NCBI RefSeq assembly: GCF_963921235.1
Contig: NC_086097.1
Coordinates: 145,578,001 to 145,642,000, forward strand
Length of the DNA: 64,000 nt
Reading direction: 5' to 3'
From: Mobula hypostoma
Taxonomy: Eukaryota
The notes under the pieces were generated by a model that had not been told where the DNA came from, did not search any database, and was given only the letters and a program-made list of their open reading frames with translations. The position numbers and the translations under genes were made by a program. Below, in pieces: positions 37,251-48,187 of this stretch (position 1 is its first letter; every line of letters starts with the position of its first letter).

Positions 37251-37689
37251 TTGTAACAGCCATCTCAAAATTCCGGATGCATGTTATTTTAACTTGCCTT
37301 TCCAATCCCACACTAACTTGCATGTCCTCTGCCTTCTCTATTATGGAGAGGCCAAGCACAAATTGGAATTTGTGTTCTATCTTGGTAGTTGATAGCCCAA
37401 TAGAACAACCATTGGATTTTCCAATTTCAGGTAACACACACCACTGATGTTTTCCTCACTAGCTGTCCACCTAGTTTTCTTCGCCCTTTGTTCCCTTACC
37501 ATCTGCAACCTGTCTGTCTCACCCCTCCCTTGTATGGTATATTTCGACAATTTTTTCCCCATCCCTCTCAACTCAGATGCAGGGTCTGACACAAAACATC
37601 AACTTATACTTCTTGCCTCCACAGATACTGCTGAGTTATTTCAGTGTTCTATTTTTTGCTTTGTATTTCAGCATGTGCAGTCTCTGTCG
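37251..37689 (+). mobile_element. Old Penelope 3' fragment (end of GIY-YIG plus 3' terminus)
   Basis: ggattttccaatttcaggtaa matches the FSNFR* end of ORF 27104..27397; pyrimidine tract; degenerate ribozyme box; possible TSD CCACACA (37244..37250, 37690..37696). Confidence 0.7.
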
Positions 37690-38594
37690 CCACACAGTTT
37701 TCCAGGTGTTTTCAGCAGAAGCCTATCTAATTGCAACAAAGCACATCTTATATGCAATCCTTCTGTAATAACGACAAATAACACTTGTGTTAATTACTGA
37801 AATATACGTCTTGTGCTCTTGGCCCAAAACACTACTTTTTTTTCCATAGTTGCTGCCTGGCCTGCTGAGTTCTTCCAGCATTTTGCGTGTGTGCGTGTGT
37901 TATAATTTAGTGTTTTAGTGACTCGTACACAACATCCAAGTTCCTCTGAACACAGATCAATACCTTTTAATCTTTTACCATTTAAAATAGGAACTGCGCT
38001 TCTCCAGCCTTTTTGTACATTCCCGTCTATTTACTTCTGAATCCCTTGCAACAATCACACATTTTTGGTATTTGTCCTTATTACTGAACATGCTCCATAC
38101 GGATTGTAGTTTTGTCTTTTTATTCAAAATAGCTGTTGTCTGACCTACTATTGAATCATAAAGATGCGGTGCTCTTCGGTTTAAAATAATTTCTCTCCAT
38201 GTGATTTGTCACCAGCTTTATCTCTGACCTTGAGTATGAGATTCTACTTTAACCTGTTTGTCAAGTCCCTGTTCAGGTACTACTTCTGCAGAACTTTTGA
38301 CCACAATATTTAATCTCAATAGAATCAAACAGCAAGCCAACTACTATAATATGGGAAATCTCACCCAACCTGGGTACTGAAAGGATTGACAGATTGATGG
38401 CTTTTTCCTGATTCTGTGGATGATGATGCATGGCTGATTTTAGTTGGTGGAGCAATTTGATTAATTCCAATAATTAATGAGATTCCCTCCTTCTAAATAG
38501 TTACACAACCCCCTGAACAGCCAATGTCCAACTTCTTGGAGAGAAATGCATGACTAAGCAATAACAAGTCTGACATGTCCTTCGTGATTTATTT

Positions 38595-38830
38595 AGCTAG
38601 TACAGCGCCTGCCTTGCAGCACCAGAGACCTGGGCACAATCCTGACATCAGATGCTATCTGTGAAATTCCAGCGTTGTTCTGTGACCACATGGGTTCCTG
38701 CATCCCAAAGATTGCAGGTTGGTAATTGATGAAAATGCAAGTTTAGTTAAAATATATATATATATAGTTGAGTGTAAAAGTGTGGCTGATTTTCAGTTTG
38801 GACTCCGTGCTGTATCTTTCTGTGATGTGA
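38595..38830 (+). mobile_element. Degenerate tRNA-derived SINE
   Basis: gcctgccttgcagcaccagagacctgggcacaatcct...tgtgaccacatgggttcc...catcccaaaga. Confidence 0.6.
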
Positions 38831-40128
38831 CCCCACGAGTTAGATAAACTATCAGGTCAGTAGAGTAAATCAATTTCACAGATCTCAGTTTTTCTTTCTA
38901 ACATATCTGCTAAGTAAGATCATCTTTTGTGCTATATGTTTGGATAAGGGTCCATTTTGTGGCAGTCAGACTTTATTCCAAAGTATATTTGCCACAACAG
39001 CAACATCTTACCATACAGTCCAGAATAGTTTAGAATCTTGAATCCAAGAAATGGTTTCTCTAGTCGTTAACCAATGCAGTGTAACCAGTTCTATTATTGC
39101 ATGATTTAAATGCATGGCCTGTTTTAGTGCACACCTGCTGGATTTTCCAGCATGACAAAAGTAAATACTTTACAAGTACCTAGCGATGTTCTATTTAAAT
39201 GAAATCCCTTTGTTCATCATGCATTCTCTTCATACCACAGGAAATAGTGTCTGAGTAACACAGTCCTCTGATTAATTTGTGAATTTTGTCATATTTGTGT
39301 TTCTGGGCTTGGCTAGCAGTGGCACCATTGTTGTCTATACCTACTTGCCTGAAAAGTAGTTAGTAAGAGTTAATCATTTTGGTTGATCTGACACATACTG
39401 TATATGCAAGAGCTGGCAAGGGCAGCAGATAATAGTGAAACAGGTTTTTTTTTACAACAATCTGGTAGTTTCACAGAATTATAGGACTAAGTTTTTTCAT
39501 TTCAACATTTTAATTATTTGAATTTAAATTTCCCATTTGCCTTGCTAGGATTTAAATTCATTTCTAGATCAGTTGGTCCAGAATACTGGCTCCTATTTCA
39601 GTAGCTTTAGGTTTTGGGGTACAATAGCATTGTGGTCAAATGCAACTGGTTCATTTAACTTGTCTCGGAATTGGAATAAGTATTCCTTAATGACCCAGAG
39701 TCATTTAGTGCTTGGCATACACTTCAAACTTAAAGACATGGATTTAAAAGAACTAAATGTGCATGTGGTAATGCATTCATGTACTTATGTTATCATTTGA
39801 TGTTGGAACTGGAAAACATTTTAGCTTTTAACAATGTTCTTTAATTTACAGGATTTAAACCTTACACATAATGTTGAATATATGCCACAAAATGTCAATA
39901 CCTTAGTTCAGAGTAACCCTGATAATTACTGTATAAGAACCATCAAAAAAACTAATGTGTTACTGGCTCAGGGGAATAAAGGATGAGAAGTCTAAAAATA
40001 AACAAAATTGATCTTGGACATAGTTTATAATTTTTAAGCCCTTTGTTCTGTCAGTGGCATTGTACTGTATATTAATGTAGAAGAACTTGTAATATTTTGT
40101 TAATATAACAAACTTTGTACTAATTGTA

Positions 40129-40134
40129 AATAAA
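40129..40134 (+). terminator. Candidate distal SCAP polyadenylation signal
   Basis: AATAAA preceded by six TGTA motifs (40061..40129) and followed by T-rich sequence; no transcript evidence. Confidence 0.4.
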
Positions 40135-42084
40135 ACTTTGATATCAATTTGATGACAAGATATCTTGTATAGATAGGCTGTTAATATTTTTCAGAATTTT
40201 ATTGCAACTGGGTTTTTATTCCACCTCTTGCTATACCACTGCTGGAAAAAAAGCAAATATATGTTATGGTGGTATACAGAAAGTTAGATAATCATCAGAA
40301 CTTCAAACATTTTGCTCAAAATTCCATCTTCTGCCGTCTCTGTCACCATTGTACACATCACTCAAAACCAAGGGAAATTGCAAAATATTACCTATTAAAT
40401 CCTTTTTATATTGAAATGTTTAATACGTTACAAGGTCTGTGTACAATAGAAATTGAGAGGAGACTTTAATTCGTTCTGAGAAATACTTGTACACCACAGT
40501 AAGTGCACTGATTGGCTGCAGAGGCATATGAACAAATCTATGGGCAAGGAGGTCATAAGTACACTTTAAACCCAAATTCTTGTCATTATTTCAGGTAGCG
40601 ATCACTTCTATGCCAGAATACTGACTGGAACTTCATACTTTTGTTAGAATCACTAGTATTCTACAATCTTAAAGTACTTCATTATTTGGAAATCATTCTG
40701 GGCATATAAATTAGGAGCAGGAATTGGTGTCCCAAGCCTGCTAAACCTTTCGATGGGATCATGACTGAACAAATTACAACCTCAATACTTAATTTCCACC
40801 TACCCAATAGCTGGGGTTTTGAAAGTGTGATATGATTGGAAGTGTACAACTTTAGACCAGATATTGCTCTATGTAATATGTTAACAACTTAACCAATTGT
40901 CCTGATATTCAGCAATATCAAGATAGCATGAAGGAAAAGTTGCATTTGCACATATTTCATATTTATTTGGAACATTTATTTACTTACTGCTTTTCACATG
41001 CCTTTCAGGATGTTCCAAAGTACTTTAAAGCCATTGAACTATTTTTGATGTATAACTACAGATGTAATATAGAAAATACATTCCCTAATCCATTACAATT
41101 AGGTCTCAGTTTGCTGTGGTAATGTTGCAGGACTATTGAAGTTACATTTCAAATGCTAAATTATGTGATAGTCCAAACAACAATGGTGGAAAATTCCTAG
41201 ATTTGGTTGTCAGGATATCCATTTTAAAACTAAAGAATACAATTGAGGGAATATCATTTCAGTGAATGAAATATTCCATGCTTCTGGCATGGTCACCTGC
41301 GGCAGCTAGATAATAAGCCCATGATCATAAATCAGTGACTAAGTCATGAAATAACTTCCCTTTCAGCAAAACAAAAAAAATGACGTGGGACAACAAAGTA
41401 ATCAAATAGTTATTTATAGCACATTTATATTACAGTGGAATGTACCATTGAAATTAGTGTTATTTGACAATGTACACATGCAGGATATTGGAAAGTCCAA
41501 TGAAAGACTTGATTCTTCTTTACAGCCTCCCCACCCCCACCCCCCCACATTCACAATGTGTTATACTAGAATGGATCACATTAAATTGTGACTCACTGCG
41601 ATGGCACAAATTTTCAGGCTTTAAAGATGAGGATTACCATTTACAATTGAACAAGGATTAAATAAAAGGATTAAGAGGTAAACAAAGAAATGAAAGCACT
41701 CATTTCAGAATAGCAAGTCAATTTATGAACTAAAATCAAACAACCATTGGTTCACCCAAAACTCATTAGTAAGTTTGAGTAATAAAATGCAAGACTTCCT
41801 TTCTGCAGGGCTGAAATCAACAGATCAAAATGACAAATAGCTTGTATTGCTTAAAGAGCATTTTGGAGAACCTGAACTGTCAAATTCAGATGAGGAAATG
41901 AGTTCCCATCCCCAACCAAGCCCAAAGAATTGTAGCCTGTACCTAAAAACATAGTGCATTCAAGCCTAGTATGTTCTTCAAAGTTAGCAGAGGATTGTGT
42001 CATTGATTCCTCGTTCAGATTTTGGAGTGAGATACTCTGTCACCATTATAAAGATATAATTCTAGAAACAAACATGAAGCAGGA

Positions 42085-42240
42085 TTTCTGAGGGGGGGTG
42101 AGGAGAGAAGGATAGGTTCTTGATTAGGGCATGAAAGGTTATGGGCAGGAAAATGGGGTTGAGAGGGAATTGGATCAGCCATGGTGGAGTAGATTTAATG
42201 GGCCGAATGGCATAACTCTGCTCCTATATCTTATGGTCTA
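42085..42240 (+). mobile_element. CR1 3' tail fragment
   Basis: gataggttcttgattag...gggccgaatggc...ctgctcctatatcttatggtc matches 26355..26503. Confidence 0.75.
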
Positions 42241-42395
42241 AGGTGCTCCCCATCAGTCTTTCTTTTAAGTGCTGAATCTAAGAAACAATCACGAGTAGGG
42301 GCACAATATAGGCAATGAGAAGGACAGGAGGAAAGTAAAAGTTCAGATGTTAACTCCACAGCCTGGTAATCAAATGTTCGGTTCCTTCTTCTTGC

Positions 42396-42709
42396 CAATA
42401 TTCCCTCTTGGGGGGGGGGGGGTGTGAGAGAGTGTGAGTGTGTGTTACTAGTGCACAAAGGAATTAAACTGCATGTTAAGTATTTTTCACAATGGTACAC
42501 AATCACATTTCCCTTTTCCAGTTTCTGATGCGGACAGTGTTGACAACGTAGAGTTTGTAATGATTTGTCTGCAAATTATAGAACTGTCTTATTTATACTG
42601 TTTTATTGAAGAAATCATTCAGAGCGCATATGTTTTTGGCACTGGGTAGAAAATTACACAGCACACGATTTTTGCGCACACTTGTCATTACAAATTAGAG
42701 GGAATATTG
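42396..42709. mobile_element. hAT-like MITE (314 bp)
   Basis: Perfect 13-bp TIR CAATATTCCCTCT (42396..42408) / AGAGGGAATATTG (42697..42709); the 8-bp flanks CTTCTTGC and CTCCCTAC differ only by transitions. Confidence 0.7.
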
Positions 42710-45700
42710 CTCCCTACCATCCTAGAGTTTGGTAATAGTTGGAATTAACATCCGCTTTCTGTACAAACTAAACTGGAACTACAACTCTACATTCTTGATT
42801 CCAATGTTATTTCAGTATTTAAACACTCTAGTGACATGCTTGCCCAATAGAAGCCATTGCTTCTTCAGTGAAAGATGTTTACCTACATGTTTTTATACTA
42901 GGCTTTACTACAGTCAAACCCCAATTTTTTTTTTAAATGAACTTAAACATTGTACTAAAGCACTTTTTGTGCTGTCAGACTCCCATGGTAACAGGCATCC
43001 ATCTCTAGTTGGAAGTATTTTCTCCAATAGTAATCGAAGATCAGATCAAAAGCACGAGTACTGAGCATGTTAGTTTCTGAGTTCCAGTGGAAGCAATCAG
43101 AACATTAACCACAGCCCCAAATCCCAGGCTGCAACTCAGCTTTTAGTACTAATCATTCCAGAAAGAATTTCAGCCTCAAAAAAAATCAATGAAAACCAAA
43201 AATGCACTTGCAATTATCAAAGCGATTAAGACATAGATTATGATGTCCTGAGCTTTCTCTTAACAGACTAAAATAAAAACACAGGAAAACTGACAGATCA
43301 TGAGTAACACACATTAAGCTAATCAGCCCCGTCAGTAAACTTCTATGTCCTTGATTTCATACACACACTACATCTTCTTAAAAAGTTAAGTCAGAGATCT
43401 TGAAAAATACTCATTTAAGAAATCATAACTGCCCTAACAGTACTGATACACCATTTTTTCCATTAAAAGTCAAAAGCTTTCCTGAAAATTTTACTCAATT
43501 TGGGCTAACTTGTATGCAGCCTGTTTGATTTTCATTTGCACTGGAACACACCTTAGAAAATTGAGAATAAACTGCTTAGGGGTGGGAGATACACCGTTGG
43601 ATCAGAGGTCTTAAAACCTCAAACATTAATTCTGAATCATTTCAGTCCTGGTTGTGTTCATTTGTTCCCCATTTGAACTGTGCTGAGAGCCAGCAGATTT
43701 AGAATTAACTGTTATTGGCAAAGGCCAATTGGATGAGAAACATCTTTAATTTAGTTATGTTCACACCACCAAGATCTGATGGATGTGAATCATCAACTTA
43801 TTAAAACTTTCCATAGCTGGACTAGACCAAATTAATAGAGAAATCAAAACAACCCTAAAATACAAATTGTTACTAGTAAGGTGCCGTGAATTAATTTTTT
43901 GCAGTAACATTCCTACCACAGCCAATAGATAAAATCAGCTGAGTTCCATTTATTAATCCACACCTGCCCTATACCAATTCTCTGTAATTTGAATTAAGAG
44001 TTAGGATTAATGATGTTACATATTAAATGCTACATGTCTAATATTTCAGCAGTTACTCCAATATTAAAAATCAAAAAACTTGCAGATACTATAAATCTGC
44101 ATTGAATTTCTGTTTGTCAGTGTCTTGCAGGGACCAGAGGCATTTAAGTTTTAAATGCAGACTCCACTCTACAAGTGTTGGTCAATCCTCGGAACATGCC
44201 CAAAATTGTTAGTTGTTGTTAGATTTTCAATGAAATTCATGGTATCCCTAGCCTTGGCTTCAAAATTCTATATAGATCTAAGTATTTATGGATGCCTTTT
44301 GATTTGATTACATTTTACTGTGTATTCTGCACATCACAGGATGTGCTTGCATTAAAGAAGTTTATACAGCCAGCCATCTTGTACATTTGAAGATTCATCA
44401 TTGAAATTCATTATTTGAAATGGGTCAGAAGTAGTATAAGCCTCTCTACCCACTTAAGTGACATTCAGTTACTAGGTGTTCAATCAAATCCCTTTTCCAT
44501 CTCTTCCATTACAAATTTCTTCTTTCTTTTCTTGTAGTACTAGCTATGGGAAGAACAACATCTGGTTTTAGATAATGACTCAAATTGTGAAATCTTTAAC
44601 TGAATTTTTACAGATTTCCTAATGTAACAGAATGTCAATTTTAAAAATCTGACCACTAATCTCTTTGAATTCATCAGATTTTGGCTGTAGAATACTTTGT
44701 CGCAATTTCTCTCATTGTGGAAGTTTCCACTGAATCCAGCCAGCATTCTACTCTAATTACCAAACCACTAACCGAAAAGTACTAATGAAATTTATTCATC
44801 ATATTGTTGTATTAAAACTATAGTATGGAGGTTCAACAGCCCATAAAACTCCCTGCTAAAGCAAAATGATTGGCTACTTCTATATTAATGGCATAGTCCT
44901 CAATCACATCAGGATACAAAGTAAATTAACAGAGAATGATACTGTGATAGATAATCGAAAGGCAGTAATGTGCAAATTGGTAAATGTGCAGAAGCAGTGG
45001 CCTCAACAACTAAATAGGGTACTGATACCTCTGTTAGTCATACTGCATTACACTTTGTAACCATTGCTGTGTCATGTCTACGTGGTTTCTTTTGGACAAC
45101 AGTTTTGGCCAGCTAAGCGGACTTGCTGGAAGTTACTGAGCTCTGGTGTTAAACAGCCTTATGGTAAGGCACATTCTTCTCAATGGAGCGTTCATGCACA
45201 AGTTGCATGAAGATAACCCCGCCAAAGAGGTCACCTTAACTCCACTTAGGCTGGCTATAACCTTGCAAACAAACAGGGGTGACTTTATTTTAACTAAAAA
45301 TATCTTAGTTCCCAGTGTTATTCAGGGATGTGAAGTATTAGTTGGGTGATAAAGTGATGTTAAAATACTAGATGTGAAGTGAGATTGCTAGTAAAGGATT
45401 TAGCCCTGATAAAGTCAACAATTTTTGATGCTGTTTGACCTTTTTTTTTTGATAGTCTGCCCTCTGATTTAATGTTTTTATTGAATTTTGTAACTTGGCC
45501 ATTTTAGAGACCCCAGATTTAGACCAATTTTGAAGATTTTTTTTTTTAAAAGATAATGGTCCTGCAGTAAGTATTAATCCTAGCAGGGAAGATTTCTACA
45601 GAAACTTAGTTTTTGGATCAATAATCTCAGGTACAATATTTGTAATGAGGCCTTTTTATGGCTTTGGGAAGCATTTTGAGAGAGTCCGTGTTGGGGTCGT

Positions 45701-47560
45701 AACTGGTGTAATAAAATTGTTTGATTAGATTAGTAATAGCAGAGATGGTAATGGAATGGGACTGACGGGACTGGAGGGAACCAGTGCTTCCACTGATCTG
45801 AGTGCAGTATCCCTTCAAGATTGCTTTAAGTCAGCATGAATGGCAGTAGGCAATCCTTTGTGAGAAATTCTTAGATGGGCTGTACAAATGGATTCTGTAA
45901 GAACACAGCATGGATAAGAGTGTTGATTAGAATCTTCCATTTCAAACTGTGGGGAAGAATATTTTAAATTGTTAGATGACATAACTTAGAATTATGTTAA
46001 AAAAAAATCTTAAACATATTCCAAATTACATTAACAAGCTGTTATTTTCCAAACCTACAAACAGTAGTCTTGGACTTAGAAAACTGGAAGTCCAGGTTCC
46101 TTTAACTGGATTATCAATAAATCAGTTTTTTTTTAATTAAAAAGGCCAGTGATGGTCTTGTTTCCTTTTAAGTTTAATTGCAAAGTACAAGAACCTCAAC
46201 TGCCTTGGAGCTAAGATTGTTGATATGTACAATACTAAAAATGCTACAAAGGTTGTTCCTAGTAGAAAGGGGTCAATATATCACCAATGTCTTAATTTTT
46301 GTAATACATTTTAATGTTTTAATATTTTATCTCCAACAAATTAGTTACAACTATCCAAATAGGTTTAACCTGGCTCCAGACCCATGATGGGTAGCTCTGC
46401 TGTATGGTGCAAAAGTTACTGCAGACCCATGGCAGCAACAAGCATCAAATTATCTGTGGATGCTTCACCAGGCTTACTGGTCAGATCTCAAAAAACTAAT
46501 CTCTCCACTTAGCTACAGAAGTTTTGCACTGCTGATCAGCCCAGACTCTTAATATTGATGAAATCACAGGTGGATTTTTACAAACATGCTGTAACTCACC
46601 ATGCAAGAGCACTTGAGGTTGAACGAAAATTGGTACATTTCAGGTGCTGTAGATACAGGTCAGCCCCAACAGAAGGAACCAAGCACAATTACTGATCCAG
46701 GGTCATGAACTTTGAAATTGCTCATCAGCTGGGAAGGAATTCTCCAGCAGAATCAGAACCTAATACCAACCTGCTTTCAAGTCAACCACAGACCTTCACT
46801 ATCCAGGCTTGACATAAAGGGCAAACATTGCAGGCAAGATACTGAACAAACAGACAAAACCCCAAGGAATTGCATCAGAGCCCAAAGACAGGAAGGGAAT
46901 GATACTAACCACAGAACAGGAAAATCAGAATAGGCACATATAGATGGTATTTAAGATGTTCAAGGGAAAGAGGCTTTGAAAGATTTTATCTAGAAGTTTC
47001 TGGGGAAAAGATGCTTCAAAATTCTTTTACAATTGACAGAAAAAACAAGCAAAAGGGATGAAGCATGACAAGATCTATCAACAGCAAAACAAAAAGGGGA
47101 TAGTAATTTTCCAGAATATTAATTTTTATGAAAATTAAAACAAATCATGCAAGATTTCCAAAAAACATCTGATGCAGATTGAAACAAATTGCAACAGATC
47201 AAAATTCTTCAGCATTAATTACGAATTATAGATACTTGGAAATAGGATTTTTTGTCCCAATTGTAGTAAGACAGTGGTTAAACATAACCATGAGTGTAGA
47301 CAATAATTTACTACTATTTGCATTAATGGTAGAGAAAAGGCAATTCCTAACTTTTTATACATATAGGAGTTATATATTATACAAGATCGGATGCTAATTT
47401 TCCTGGTTTATGTAGAACAAACTGGATTACACTCCAGCTCTGTGTTGCTGACACTGCAATGAAGGCTGATCCAGTTTCATCTTACAGAGAAAACCATGTC
47501 TCAATTATTCCAGTAATAGTGGATGACCACTCGATTAGAAATTAGTCTTTGACCAATACA

Positions 47561-48187
47561 TCACATTTTATTTAGAGTCCAGAGTGGATCCAGAAGGCTC
47601 AGGGGATCCTCACCTGTTTGAGTGGCCTGAAGGCCTTGGCCATCCTGGGGTTGCAAGAAGCTATGCTTGCTGATTTTCTGCCTGTTCCGTGGGTTGGTGT
47701 CCAGAGTGAAGGCCTCTGCAGTCAAGGAGGCCAGAAGATCCAGGGAGGAAGCCTTGTTCTCTGCTTCTGTGATGTGGTTGGTAATGCATGGTTGAGTGGT
47801 AACTGAGTGATTCCCCAGACCCACTTTCATTTTATCAAGTGCCTGGGTTGAATCACAATTGTCCAAAATTACCCTGTTAGTTTCTGTGACCAGAGGTAGA
47901 GTTGATGTTGATGTCTGTGGTGGTGCGGCCGATTCTGCCACTGAACTAGGAACCTCAACTATCAAGTCCTGCTGGAGCAAATTATCAGCAGATACTGGCA
48001 AACCTTCAGACTGCAAATTAGGCCACACACTGAAACTTGGGTCAAGTGAAGGCGGTAAGTTTGGTTTGCTGTCCCCGATGGTCGCTGCAGATGCCTTGAT
48101 ACTAAGTTTTGCAATAGTTGCTTGGATGGAACTAATTGGCAAATCACCTCCCAGGACCAAGTCCTGCGATTCCTGGCGGGAATAAAT
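47561..48187 (-). CDS. PTPN23: PTPN23 last coding exon (C-terminal tail)
   Basis: Minus strand ttttacag|ATTTAT...ATGTGA; SQDLVLGGDLPISSIQATIAKLSI...DPLSLLDPLWTLNKM*. Confidence 0.96.
   Translation of the reverse strand: MYSRQESQDLVLGGDLPISSIQATIAKLSIKASAATIGDSKPNLPPSLDPSFSVWPNLQSEGLPVSADNLLQQDLIVEVPSSVAESAAPPQTSTSTLPLVTETNRVILDNCDSTQALDKMKVGLGNHSVTTQPCITNHITEAENKASSLDLLASLTAEAFTLDTNPRNRQKISKHSFLQPQDGQGLQATQTGEDPLSLLDPLWTLNKM

Noticed and set aside
31358..47560. A hidden protein-coding gene between SCAP and PTPN23
   Set aside because: Only short ORFs are present, either without recognisable motifs or derived from repeats, and I found no phase-consistent exon chain. A non-coding gene cannot be excluded by eye.
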